64,000 nucleotides of DNA from an uncultured Rickettsiales bacterium (GTDB taxonomy: Bacteria > Pseudomonadota > Alphaproteobacteria > RF32 > CAG-239): contig URXV01000003.1 in NCBI GenBank assembly GCA_900551865.1, positions 11,079 through 75,078 of the forward strand, given 5' to 3'. Below are positions 8,894 through 18,122 of this stretch, piece after piece. How positions within the stretch are numbered: position 1 is the stretch's first letter; the number at the start of each line of letters is the position of its first letter. Under the pieces are notes generated by a model that worked only from the letters and a program-made list of their open reading frames with translations, was not told the origin of the DNA and did no database searches. A program made the position numbers and the translations under genes.

Positions 8894-10738
8894 ATGATAA
8901 AGCTGGAAAACATAACCGTTCAGATTGCCTCGAAAATTTTGTTGGAAAATGCGTCTGCGCAGATTGCCGACGGGCAGAAAATCGGCATTGTCGGCAATAA
9001 CGGCTGCGGCAAGACCACGCTGTTTAAAGTCCTGAAAGGGGAACACGACGTCAATTCCGGCGAAGTGTTTTGCCCGCCCGCGCGCCTGAAAGCTTTTGTT
9101 GAGCAGGAAATCAGGGAAGAAGACCTGCAAAAGCCGATTCTCAGCTATGTTCTGGGCAAGGACAGAAAACTGGCGGAACTGCGGCGGCTGGAGCAGAATG
9201 CCCGGCCGGAAGAACTGCCGGAAATTATGGAACAGCTGTGGCTGATTGAGGCTGATTCGGCCGAAGCGCGCACCGCGGAAATTCTCGTCGGTCTGGGGTT
9301 TAACCAGGAAGACCTTTCTCGCCCGGTCAGGGATTTTTCCGGCGGCTGGCAAATGCGCCTTAATCTTGCCGGAGCCTTGTTTCAGCGCTCGGACATCCTG
9401 TTTCTTGACGAACCGACCAATCACTTGGATTTGGAAGCCATCGTCTGGCTGGAGCATTATCTGCAAAAATACCGCGGAACCGTGCTGCTGATAAGCCATG
9501 ACCGCGACTTTTTAAACCATGTCTGTCAGGGAATCCTGCATTTTGAGGGCGGAAAGCTGGCGTTCTACAGCGGCAATTACGACACCTTTGCCCGGCAGTA
9601 TGCCCAGAAGATAGAACTTGCCGACAAGCAGATAAAAAAGCAGAACGAACGCCGCGCCCATTTGCAGTCTTACGTTGACCGCTTCCGCTACAAGGCTTCC
9701 AAAGCCCGGCAGGCGCAGAGCCGCCTGAAAATGCTGGAAAAAATGGAAGACGTTGCCGAAGTCGCGCGCGACAGGGAAAGCCGCTTTTCCTTTCCGGAAA
9801 TAAAGCCGCTTCCGTCGCCGTTGATTACGTTGGAAAATGCGGCAGTCGGCTATAACGGAGTTCCGGTGCTGAAAAAGCTGTCGTTTTATATCAATCAGGA
9901 CGACCGGATAGCCCTGCTCGGCAAGAACGGTAACGGCAAATCGACACTGGTAAAACTTTTGTCTTCGCATCTTCCGCTGCTGGATGGCACGATGAAAAAA
10001 TCCGGCAAGCTCAAAATCGGTTATTTTAATCAGAACCAGACCGAGGAGCTGCCGCTGGAACAGACGCCGGCAGAGTATCTGGCGGCATTGCTTCCCGATA
10101 AGCCGGAAAAAATCATCCGCGCCCACCTCGGACGTTTCGGTCTGGAACAGGAAAAGGCCGTTACCAAAATTAACGCGCTCTCCGGCGGCGAAAAGACGCG
10201 CCTGCTGTTTGCCCGCATATCGGTTGACGCGCCGGAACTGCTGATTTTTGACGAGCCGACCAACCATCTGGATATGGCCGGGCGGGCGGCATTGGCCGAT
10301 GCCGTAAACGCCTATCAGGGAGCAGTGATTCTGATTTCGCACGATTTTCACCTGTTGGAAATGGTTGCGGACAGCTTATGGCTGGTGCATAACCGCACCT
10401 GTACGCCGTTTGACGGAGATTTGAACGATTACCGCGAGTTTCTGCTCAATCCCGATAAGGATGCAAAGCCGCGTCCCGTTGCGCCGAAACCTGAACCCAA
10501 ACCGGTTCAGATGCTGAAAAGCAGCCGTCCGGACCGCAAGATTCGCGCCGCTTTGCGGGAAATAGAACAGAATATGACCCGCCTGGAACGGCAGAAAGAG
10601 GAAATCTTGCAAAAATTTGCCGCCGTTTCCGGCAAAGAGGTCGGCGAGCTGCAGATAAGGCTGCATAATCTGGAAGCGCAGATTGCCGCTGCGGAAGAAG
10701 AATGGCTTGAACTGACGGCGTCAGCCGAAAACGGCTGA
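8894..10738 (+). CDS. ABC-F family ATPase (two ABC domains, no TM domain, C-terminal coiled coil)
   Basis: Two Walker A motifs (GNNGCGKTT, GKNGNGKST), two signature motifs (FSGGWQMR, LSGGEKTR) and Walker B motifs (LFLDEPTNHLD, LIFDEPTNHLD). Confidence 0.9.
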   Translation: MIKLENITVQIASKILLENASAQIADGQKIGIVGNNGCGKTTLFKVLKGEHDVNSGEVFCPPARLKAFVEQEIREEDLQKPILSYVLGKDRKLAELRRLEQNARPEELPEIMEQLWLIEADSAEARTAEILVGLGFNQEDLSRPVRDFSGGWQMRLNLAGALFQRSDILFLDEPTNHLDLEAIVWLEHYLQKYRGTVLLISHDRDFLNHVCQGILHFEGGKLAFYSGNYDTFARQYAQKIELADKQIKKQNERRAHLQSYVDRFRYKASKARQAQSRLKMLEKMEDVAEVARDRESRFSFPEIKPLPSPLITLENAAVGYNGVPVLKKLSFYINQDDRIALLGKNGNGKSTLVKLLSSHLPLLDGTMKKSGKLKIGYFNQNQTEELPLEQTPAEYLAALLPDKPEKIIRAHLGRFGLEQEKAVTKINALSGGEKTRLLFARISVDAPELLIFDEPTNHLDMAGRAALADAVNAYQGAVILISHDFHLLEMVADSLWLVHNRTCTPFDGDLNDYREFLLNPDKDAKPRPVAPKPEPKPVQMLKSSRPDRKIRAALREIEQNMTRLERQKEEILQKFAAVSGKEVGELQIRLHNLEAQIAAAEEEWLELTASAENG

Positions 10739-11024
10739 TGTCCACAACAAAAGCTGGTGGTATAATACCTTCTCGTCAACCCGCCCTGTCATCTCTCCAA
10801 ACGGTACCATCCAGTCAATTTTCCCGACGACAGTATCTTGTCAGCCCGCTACCCCGACGGCAACTTCCCATCAGCAGCCCGCCACCCTGGCGTCAATTTC
10901 TTATAGGCAGCGTCCTTTCGCCAGCCAGCCTTTATCGGCAGCACAATAAAATATTGACAAAAAGGTAAAATATGATATGTTTTTTGACAATAAATAATTA
11001 TTGTATCACTTAAATTATTGTTTT

Positions 11025-12077
11025 ATGGAAAAAGTATTATCTTGGAGATGGTCGCGTTTGGCGGCTCCTTCCGCTTGGAAAAGGATTCGTAAATGGGACG
11101 TATTGCTTGTTGCTGCTGCTACCGGAATTGCGCTTGCTGTTTTTATGAGCATGCTTGCGGTAAAGACAGCCGGAATAATCTGTATCTGCTGTATTCTTGT
11201 CGGCTTGTATTTCTTTGGAATATTGGCTGAACTTTGTTGCGCCGATGACTGTTTTTTCATGTTTTATGGCAGGAAACTTTGCAAAGTTTTTGTGTATGAA
11301 ACGGAAAATGCCCAAAAGCGGATATTTTATGATATCTGTATAAAGGTACCGGGGGATGTTGTACATATTAGCGCTGCAGAATATGAATATAAGATGTTTC
11401 GTCGGGAAAATGATTGTTTCATTTACTGCGATACAGACGATTCCCAATGGTACCATGTAGCAGATTCTGATGGCGGAATGCTAATAAGAAAACTTGGAAA
11501 ACGTTTGGAAAAAACGGTATTTCTTGCTTCTGAAGAAGGTGAAAATCCTAAACGTCTGTGCGTGTTGCGAAGAAGTTCGTATAAGGAATTTTCGGCAGAG
11601 ATGTATGTCTGCGGGGATATGTATTTCCCGCTGGCGGCCGGAGAATGTATCGTTCCTGATAAAAGTTTTCGTGAACAGCGTATGTATCCGGAAGCCTGCA
11701 AAAAGCCATATGGCTATCTGCTTCTGAAAAAAGGCGGAACTTATGACTTAATCGGCTTGTATGCGGAAGAAAAACAGTTGCCGCATTTTCTTTTTGCCCA
11801 AGCGCCGGCCGTAATGTTTCGTTCAGGCATTGAAACGGTTGTTTTGCTGGCGGAAAAAGATGGCAGATATCGGGAATTTTATCGGGGTGAAAGCTTTATT
11901 CCGATAAGAAACGGTAATATTGTGGAACTGGATTGCGGCGTTCCGATGTATGGGAGAATACTTCGTCTTAATCCCGAGACCAAAACGCTGGAAAAAAAAT
12001 ATGAAGGCAGGATTACCAGTATTGGGTTTCAAAACGGAGTAGTTGGAATCGGCAATGGCAAAGAGTTCAGATTATGA
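11025..12077 (+). CDS. Hypothetical membrane protein
   Basis: This is the first ATG in the ORF. Two N-terminal hydrophobic helices are present. I recognise no family, and the GC looks lower than in the flanking genes. Confidence 0.4.
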   Translation: MEKVLSWRWSRLAAPSAWKRIRKWDVLLVAAATGIALAVFMSMLAVKTAGIICICCILVGLYFFGILAELCCADDCFFMFYGRKLCKVFVYETENAQKRIFYDICIKVPGDVVHISAAEYEYKMFRRENDCFIYCDTDDSQWYHVADSDGGMLIRKLGKRLEKTVFLASEEGENPKRLCVLRRSSYKEFSAEMYVCGDMYFPLAAGECIVPDKSFREQRMYPEACKKPYGYLLLKKGGTYDLIGLYAEEKQLPHFLFAQAPAVMFRSGIETVVLLAEKDGRYREFYRGESFIPIRNGNIVELDCGVPMYGRILRLNPETKTLEKKYEGRITSIGFQNGVVGIGNGKEFRL

Positions 12078-12110
12078 GAGAATGCAGTCAATTGCTTTTT
12101 CGTTTAAAGC

Positions 12111-12142
12111 AAAATCCCCGCGCATATAGGTGCGGGGATTTT
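12111..12142. terminator. Bidirectional intrinsic terminator between convergent genes
   Basis: AAAATCCCCGC / GCGGGGATTTT stem with a 10-nt loop and A/T runs on both sides. Confidence 0.65.
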
Positions 12143-12170
12143 GTCTGCTTGTCTTTTGTAAGTTCGGCCG

Positions 12171-13127
12171 CTATTTATAGCTGTTGATTTTATTTTGCAA
12201 ATCTTCCAAACTCCTGCCGTAAAAAGGTTCTCCGTTAATCAGCAGCATTGGAACGCCGTTAATTCCCAAAACCTGCGACAAAGCGTCAATATCCTGAACG
12301 CCGCGGCGGATTTTTTTCTCTTCCGACAGTTTTTTGATTTCGTCAACATCAAGTTCTTCGTCTCTCAAAATCTGGTTAATCGTTTCTTCGTTCATTTCCG
12401 GCAGGGTCATAATGCCTTCATAAACTTCAATGAATTTTCCTTTCTCAAACGCCGCTATCGCCGCCTTCGCTGCATAAGGCGAATGTTCGCTCATAAAGAA
12501 CAGCGGATTGAAGACGAATTTGACATCGGGATTGTTTTTTATCAGCTGAGCCATAACCGGTGCTAGAGCTTTACAGTGTCCGCACGCAAAATCAAAAAAT
12601 TCGACGACGGCAACTTTGGCGTCTTTCGGCCCGGCATACGGCGCAACGGCACTGTTTCTCATTTCTTCCCAATGGTCAATGAACTTCTGATCCGGATTCG
12701 CCGCAACGCTATCCTGTGCAGGCTCTTCACCATCGGTCGCCGCGTTTTCTCCGGTATCGCCGTTTGTGTTTACGGCATTTTTAAAAACGTCGCTATCGAT
12801 TACTGTCTTTGCGATAAATGCCGTATTACTGCGGATATAATCTTCAAGGACGGATGGATTGTTAGCCAGAAAAGTCTGTATCTTATCGTTTATTTCTTCA
12901 TCACTGACATTGGAAAAGCTCTTGATGACATTGCCGAAATTTTCACTTTTCGCCAAACTCTCCAAAATCGGCTGCGGATTGTTTTTGATATAGCCGGCAA
13001 TTGCCTCGTTGAGTTGTTCTTGAAATTTTGCCTGTTTCTGCGGGCATTTGCCGTCCAGATAAAGGACGCCCCCTGTGCCCAGTGCAGCCAATATAATGAC
13101 AGCCAGTGCTTTAAGTAATGTTTTCAT
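12171..13127 (-). CDS. DsbA-family thiol:disulfide oxidoreductase with long N-terminal extension
   Basis: FDFACGHCK is a CxxC motif and the thioredoxin fold ends in GVP. Signal or anchor sequence MKTLLKALAVIILAAL. I prefer the internal ATG at 13127. Confidence 0.75.
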   Translation of the reverse strand: MKTLLKALAVIILAALGTGGVLYLDGKCPQKQAKFQEQLNEAIAGYIKNNPQPILESLAKSENFGNVIKSFSNVSDEEINDKIQTFLANNPSVLEDYIRSNTAFIAKTVIDSDVFKNAVNTNGDTGENAATDGEEPAQDSVAANPDQKFIDHWEEMRNSAVAPYAGPKDAKVAVVEFFDFACGHCKALAPVMAQLIKNNPDVKFVFNPLFFMSEHSPYAAKAAIAAFEKGKFIEVYEGIMTLPEMNEETINQILRDEELDVDEIKKLSEEKKIRRGVQDIDALSQVLGINGVPMLLINGEPFYGRSLEDLQNKINSYK

Positions 13128-13309
13128 CGCCGTTATCCCCTCAAAATTAACATACTGTAATCTCAATCTAACAATTTGAAACGATTATGCAACAGCTTTT
13201 TGCTGACGTCTGCATAATTTTTTTGCGGATGCTGAACCACAATAGCCGCAAGTCCGCTGCAGGCGGTAACAAACTCCCCGCGCCAGCCAGACAGGGTATT
13301 TTCCCAAAA

Positions 13310-13339
13310 CTGCCGTTAGGAAAGCTGCCGTTAGGAAAG
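13310..13339. repeat. 15-bp perfect tandem duplication (CTGCCGTTAGGAAAG x2) in the dsbA-dsbA intergenic region
   Basis: Read directly from the sequence. It is followed by degenerate TCGTT(A/G)G copies. Confidence 0.85.
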
Positions 13340-13376
13340 TTATCGTTGGCGTTTCCATCGTTAGATGCGTTTGGAT

Positions 13377-13403
13377 ACAAAAAAAGCCTGCCGTTGCAGC
13401 AGG
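13377..13403 (-). terminator. Intrinsic terminator after the upstream DsbA paralog
   Basis: On the minus strand, an AAAGCCTGC / GCAGGCTTT stem with a 4-nt loop is followed by a T-run. Confidence 0.65.
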
Positions 13404-13429
13404 CTTTCCTGGTGATACAATTTCAGAAA

Positions 13430-14179
13430 TTACTTAACGTTGTTAATGGCATTCTGAATTGTGTCGGCATCAATCGCCTGCAGAGCTTCGCCGTTCATAA
13501 TCAATGTCGGAACGCCGCGAATCTGTACCTTTTGGGAAAGTTCGGCAATTGCAGAAATTTCTTTGGCAATTTCATCGCTTTCCATCAGCTTTTTCGTTTT
13601 TTCAACGTCCAGACCTGCTTTCTTGATGACATCTTCAATAACGGTAGTCGTAATCTGTCCGTTATGTGTCAGCAGAGCTTCGTAAACTTCAATGAATTTG
13701 CCCTGTTTGTTGGCAGCCATGGCTGCTTTTGCCGCCGGCATAGAGCCGAGGAACGTAACCGGCTTGAAGACAACCTTGACTTTCGGGTTAGCCTTGATGA
13801 CTTTCATTAGTTCCGGAGCCAGACGTTTGCAGTATCCGCAGTTGAAGTCAAAGAATTCGACAATCGTAACCTTGGCATCTTTCGGCCCGACAAACGGAGA
13901 ACCTTCGTAGCTGCTCAAATCTTTCCAGTTTGCCTTGTAAAGTTCGGCAATTCTCTTCTGGGCTTCAATCTGTTCCTGCTGTGCAGCCAGTTCCAAAGCC
14001 TCGCGGACTTTCCCCGGATTATTCATCAGGTAGTCTTCAATCGCCTGATTCATATCCTGTCCGGCTGCCGGCGCGGAAGCCGGAGCTTTAGAACCGCATA
14101 CCGAAGAGCACAGGGCCACGGAAACGACAACGCTTGCAATAACCGAAACCAAAACGGTGATAATATTATCTTTTTGCAT
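13430..14179 (-). CDS. DsbA-family thiol:disulfide oxidoreductase
   Basis: FDFNCGYCK is a CxxC motif and RGVPTLIMNG is present. The start at the second ATG gives 9-nt spacing from AAGG. Confidence 0.8.
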   Translation of the reverse strand: MQKDNIITVLVSVIASVVVSVALCSSVCGSKAPASAPAAGQDMNQAIEDYLMNNPGKVREALELAAQQEQIEAQKRIAELYKANWKDLSSYEGSPFVGPKDAKVTIVEFFDFNCGYCKRLAPELMKVIKANPKVKVVFKPVTFLGSMPAAKAAMAANKQGKFIEVYEALLTHNGQITTTVIEDVIKKAGLDVEKTKKLMESDEIAKEISAIAELSQKVQIRGVPTLIMNGEALQAIDADTIQNAINNVK

Positions 14180-14317
14180 ATTTCCCATCCTTAAATTAAT
14201 GTTATATAACCACTAAAAACTAATGAATTAAAAAAATAAATGCAAGCCCAAAATAAAAATATGTTGACAAACCGCCCCGGTTTAAAATCAAATGTCCGCA
14301 AGAGAAAAAACGCCTGC

Positions 14318-14358
14318 GGCGATTCTATAGGCCGGGAGGGCGATTCTACAAGCCGGGA
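14318..14358 (+). repeat. Two adjacent 20-bp direct repeats upstream of the DUF47-PiT operon
   Basis: GGCGATTCTATAGGCCGGGA and GGCGATTCTACAAGCCGGGA match at 18 of 20 positions with a 21-bp period. The pair ends 27 nt before the ATG at 14386. Confidence 0.85.
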
Positions 14359-14385
14359 AAAGAATTTTGTTAACAGGGAGAAATA

Positions 14386-15045
14386 ATGTTTAACGTTAAA
14401 ATATCATTATTTGCGCGCACCCGCGATTTAGAGCATAATATAGACAGCTTGCATGACAAGATTATAGAAATGACGATGGTTTTCAAAGAAGCCGTTGACA
14501 TATATCTGAAAGAGCGCCGCAGTGAAACTTATCGCCGGACCAGCAAAAAGATAAAGATAATAGAGCACGATTCGGATACGCTGCGCCGGGAAATTGAGAG
14601 CAAGCTGTACGAGCAGAACCTGATACCGGACTTGCGCGGCAATATTCTCCAGCTTGTTGAAAACCTTGACCGGGTCGTTAACCTTTTTGACGAGGTTGCG
14701 CACAAGTTTTATATTGAACAGCCGGATATTCCGGAAATATACCATAAGCAGCTGCAGGAGCTGGTTAGTCAGGTTGCGGACTGCGCTGAAAATATGGCGA
14801 TAGCGTCCCGGGCGTTTTTCCGCGATTTGGTAACGCTGCGCGATTATTCCCAGAAGGTCTATCTGCTGGAGCACCAGAGCGACAAAACGGCCGCCAAACT
14901 TCGCAAAGCCGTGTTTGATTCCGATTTGAGCCTGGCGCATAAAATGCAGATAAACACTTTCGTTGAAGAAGTTGCCGATATTGCCGACTTGGCGGAAGAC
15001 TGCATCGACGCGCTGCTGATTTTTGCGATTAAACGGGAAATTTAA
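14386..15045 (+). CDS. DUF47 / TIGR00153-family (PhoU-like) phosphate transport regulator
   Basis: Helical protein of about 210 aa sitting 3 nt upstream of a PiT transporter, which is the classic DUF47-PiT pairing. Confidence 0.75.
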   Translation: MFNVKISLFARTRDLEHNIDSLHDKIIEMTMVFKEAVDIYLKERRSETYRRTSKKIKIIEHDSDTLRREIESKLYEQNLIPDLRGNILQLVENLDRVVNLFDEVAHKFYIEQPDIPEIYHKQLQELVSQVADCAENMAIASRAFFRDLVTLRDYSQKVYLLEHQSDKTAAKLRKAVFDSDLSLAHKMQINTFVEEVADIADLAEDCIDALLIFAIKREI

Positions 15046-15048
15046 GCG

Positions 15049-16101
15049 ATGTTAGAATATCTGTTCTTCCTGTCCAGCGGGCTTTTTCTGGGGTGGTCCC
15101 TGGGTGCCAACGACGCGTCCAACATATTCGGCACCGCCGTCGGAACCAAAATGCTGCGTTTTACGACGGCCGCCGTCATTGCCAGTGTCTTTCTGGTTTT
15201 AGGGGCAGTCGTAAGCGGGCAGAATACGGCGGAAACCCTGAATGCGCTCGGCGAGGTCAATACGCTCCCGGCCGCGTTTACGGTGTCGCTGTCTTCGGCT
15301 CTGGCTGTTTTGATGATGCTGAAGTCCGGCATCAGCGTGTCTATCTCGCAGGCGATTGTCGGCGGCATTATCGGCTGGAACGTATATAATCATAAGCCGA
15401 CGGATACGGATACTTTGGCAAATATCTGCGCATCGTGGATTCTTTGTCCCGTTATCTCCGGCGCAATAGCGGTACTGTTGTATATCTGCGTCAAAAAAAT
15501 TCTCCACCACAGCAAAGTTCACATTTTATGGCAGGATATGGCCGTGCGCGTCGGTATGGTGCTGACGACTGCTCTGGGCGGTTTTGCGCTGGGTGCGAAC
15601 AATATGGCGAACGTCGTCGGCGTTTTTATCGATTCCAATGTATTTGAACCGCTGAAAATCGGTCGGCTGTACACCTTGAGCAGCATACAGGTACTGTTCC
15701 TGCTCGGCGCCGTTGCTGCGTGCGTCGGCGTGTTTACCTATTCGCAGAAGGCGATTAAGACAGTTGGCAAAAATGTCTTGTCTTTCTCGCCGATGGTCGC
15801 GTGGATTGTCATTTTGTCGCAGTCGCTGGTTTTGATTCTGTTTTCGTCCGAAACGCTGGAGCATTTTCTGATTTCCCTTAACCTGCCGCCGCTGCCGGCG
15901 GTGCCTGTTTCCAGCACGCAGGCCGTCATCGGCGCGATTGTCGGCATCGGTTTGGTGAAAGGCGGGAAAGGGATAAAATGGAGTTTGGTGCTGCGCGTCG
16001 TGTCGGGCTGGGTGGCTTCGCCGGTTATCGCGTTTGTGTTGAGCTTTATTTCCTTGTTTTTTATGGAAAATGTGTTTAAACAGACAATATATGTTCCATG
16101 A
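15049..16101 (+). CDS. Inorganic phosphate transporter, PiT (PHO4) family
   Basis: GANDASNIFGTAVG and GANNMANVVG are the signature repeats. The protein is polytopic. Confidence 0.9.
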   Translation: MLEYLFFLSSGLFLGWSLGANDASNIFGTAVGTKMLRFTTAAVIASVFLVLGAVVSGQNTAETLNALGEVNTLPAAFTVSLSSALAVLMMLKSGISVSISQAIVGGIIGWNVYNHKPTDTDTLANICASWILCPVISGAIAVLLYICVKKILHHSKVHILWQDMAVRVGMVLTTALGGFALGANNMANVVGVFIDSNVFEPLKIGRLYTLSSIQVLFLLGAVAACVGVFTYSQKAIKTVGKNVLSFSPMVAWIVILSQSLVLILFSSETLEHFLISLNLPPLPAVPVSSTQAVIGAIVGIGLVKGGKGIKWSLVLRVVSGWVASPVIAFVLSFISLFFMENVFKQTIYVP

Positions 16102-16140
16102 GCCGGCCTCGTCCGGTTTGGCGTCTGAGAGGAGAAAGCC

Positions 16141-17652
16141 GTGTCATATTTGAATGCCGTTTATCAAAAGTTTCCGCTTTTTTTCCTCTTGGCACATTTG
16201 GCTGCCGGTTTGGGATACTGCCTTTATATCGCCTGGTTTACGACGACGCTGGGTGGTGATACGCTTGAACATATCCATTCCTCGTGGCTCGTATATGCGG
16301 AATTTATCCCCTATAAGGATTTCTTCCAGCACCATAATCCGCTGTTATGGTATCTGTTTGCGCCGTTTGTCGGGCTGCATGCGCACGGTTTGGACGATAA
16401 TGTAATCACGTCGTCTGTCGTAACCGCGGCAATACTGGCATCGTTTCTGACCTATTATTATCTGTATCTGATTGCCTCGCGCTTTTTAACCGACAGGCAG
16501 GGCGGGCTGATTGCCGCTGCGATTGCCTTTACGCCTTATGTGCTGGTGTCTGTTGTCAACTTTCGTCCCGACAATTTTATGGTGGCGGCGTTTTTTGCCG
16601 GGCTGTATTATTATTTCGGCTATTTGCAGGAAAAGAAACTCTGGTCGTTAAGCCTGTCCATGCTGCTGTTCTGGGCGTCGTTTATGTTTTTGCAGAAAAT
16701 CGTCTTCACGCTGGTTTTGCTGGCTGCCGTTACGCTGTATCAGCTATGCCGTGGCCGGATCTTCTGGCGCGATATGCTGTATGCGCTGCTTCTGCCGTTC
16801 GGGCTGAGCCTGCTGTTTGCCGTCTGGCTCTGGCATCACGGTATTTTGTCGGTCTGGTATCAATCCAACTTTACGTTTAACCTGCATATTCCCGAACTTT
16901 TTGCCGGCCGCCGGGTCGGGGAGTTCTGGACGGAATTGCGGCTGTTGTTGGCCGGAGCCGGTTTGGCGGTGCTGTTTTGTTGGCGCGGGGCAAGCCTTTA
17001 TTTTAAAATACTGGCGCTGCTGTTTGTCGCGGAACTGTGCCAGCGCCTGTTTTATTTCTCCGCGTTTGCATATTATTTTTATCAGTTGATATATCTCGCC
17101 GCCATTCTGTCTGCGGTTTTCTTGGAAGAAAAAATTTTTAAGCGCTGCTTTGCCCTGATATACGTTCTTTTGGCGGCTCTGGCGTTTTGTATGTATAAAC
17201 CTGCGGTCTACAATGGCAATATCGGCGGCCGGGCAGGGCGTTTTTATGAACCCTTGAACAAAAAAATCCTGCGCTATATTACGCCGTGTGATTATGTCCT
17301 GAACGGCGACGGAACGCTGTATAACCTTTATAACCGCGATCCGCATTACTACTGGAATTTGTTAGGGCAGCTGGACGTTATCGGCGCCGAGGTTGGCATT
17401 CGTCCTCTGATGGATATTAATCGGGTTATCCTTACCTATAAGCCCAAAATCATCTCCGCCGCGCCGTATCGCAGCAAATATGCTTCCGAACGAGGGGTTG
17501 ATGTTTATATTCACCGTCCGGATATGGCGCTGGTCAACAAGTATTATAAGCGTTTTGACAATTCCGACGTCCTCTACATCTTAAAGCCCGAATACAGCCG
17601 GTTAAAATGCGATTTTGACTATAAACAGCGCCGGTATCGGGCTTATGACTGA
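16141..17652 (+). CDS. Polytopic membrane protein, GT-C-fold (ArnT/PMT-like) glycosyltransferase candidate
   Basis: GTG start 6 nt after AGGAG. About 11 TM helices, an early GGDTLEH loop and a soluble C-terminal domain. Confidence 0.4.
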   Translation: MSYLNAVYQKFPLFFLLAHLAAGLGYCLYIAWFTTTLGGDTLEHIHSSWLVYAEFIPYKDFFQHHNPLLWYLFAPFVGLHAHGLDDNVITSSVVTAAILASFLTYYYLYLIASRFLTDRQGGLIAAAIAFTPYVLVSVVNFRPDNFMVAAFFAGLYYYFGYLQEKKLWSLSLSMLLFWASFMFLQKIVFTLVLLAAVTLYQLCRGRIFWRDMLYALLLPFGLSLLFAVWLWHHGILSVWYQSNFTFNLHIPELFAGRRVGEFWTELRLLLAGAGLAVLFCWRGASLYFKILALLFVAELCQRLFYFSAFAYYFYQLIYLAAILSAVFLEEKIFKRCFALIYVLLAALAFCMYKPAVYNGNIGGRAGRFYEPLNKKILRYITPCDYVLNGDGTLYNLYNRDPHYYWNLLGQLDVIGAEVGIRPLMDINRVILTYKPKIISAAPYRSKYASERGVDVYIHRPDMALVNKYYKRFDNSDVLYILKPEYSRLKCDFDYKQRRYRAYD

Positions 17653-17791
17653 TTTGGCGTCCGCCTGTCCAAACCGTCCGTACCGATAATAACAGTCGAT
17701 AAATCAATTATATCCTTGACTTTTCAGACATCATTGCTTACGTTAAAACCGTTAAAACAATTATGATGTCTCACTAAAAAATTATTAAGCT

Positions 17792-17977
17792 ATGTTGACA
17801 ACGTTGCTTATTTATTATGGAGGCTGTGCTTTAGGATTGTTTGGCATGGCCAAGGTTGTGGAACATCTTCCCGAAAGTGACGGCAAGAGTTCCGGAACCA
17901 GTGATTACGGGTCTTCATCTTATGATGATAACCTGGGCTTTGACGGCGAACCAAACGGAATGCCGTATATGCCGTAA
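17792..17977 (+). CDS. Small hypothetical protein (one TM helix plus acidic G/S/D tail); coding status uncertain
   Basis: ORF only. Its ATGTTGACA start also resembles a -35 box, and a hairpin follows at about 18021-18048. Confidence 0.2.
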   Translation: MLTTLLIYYGGCALGLFGMAKVVEHLPESDGKSSGTSDYGSSSYDDNLGFDGEPNGMPYMP

Positions 17978-18122
17978 ATAATACCCCTGTGCAATATCAG
18001 TGCAGGCTGTATTCTTCTCAAAAGGTCGTCTTTGACGGCCTTTTTTCATGTTTAAAATAAAAATTGACAAATAAAAGAAAATAATTTAGTTATATTTGTC
18101 TAAAAACTAAAAAGGGTAAGAG

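Noticed and set aside
10738-10968. 76-aa Pro/Ser/Gln-rich ORF directly after the ABC-F stop.
   Set aside because: There is no SD, the composition is driven by C-rich degenerate repeats, and it overlaps the upstream stop codon. I treat it as non-coding repeat DNA.
13168-13380. 70-aa ORF (and the overlapping 13187-13810 ORF) between or over the DsbA paralogs, including the FPNGSFPNGS repeat.
   Set aside because: The repeat is just the translated 15-bp tandem duplication. The ORF contains a terminator hairpin and has no SD. The 207-aa ORF is antisense to a clear DsbA gene.
17792-17977. Treating the 61-aa ORF as a confident small secreted or membrane peptide gene.
   Set aside because: There is only weak evidence for it. 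Its start, ATGTTGACA, mimics the genome's extended -35 motif, and there is no SD. It is kept as a low-confidence feature only.
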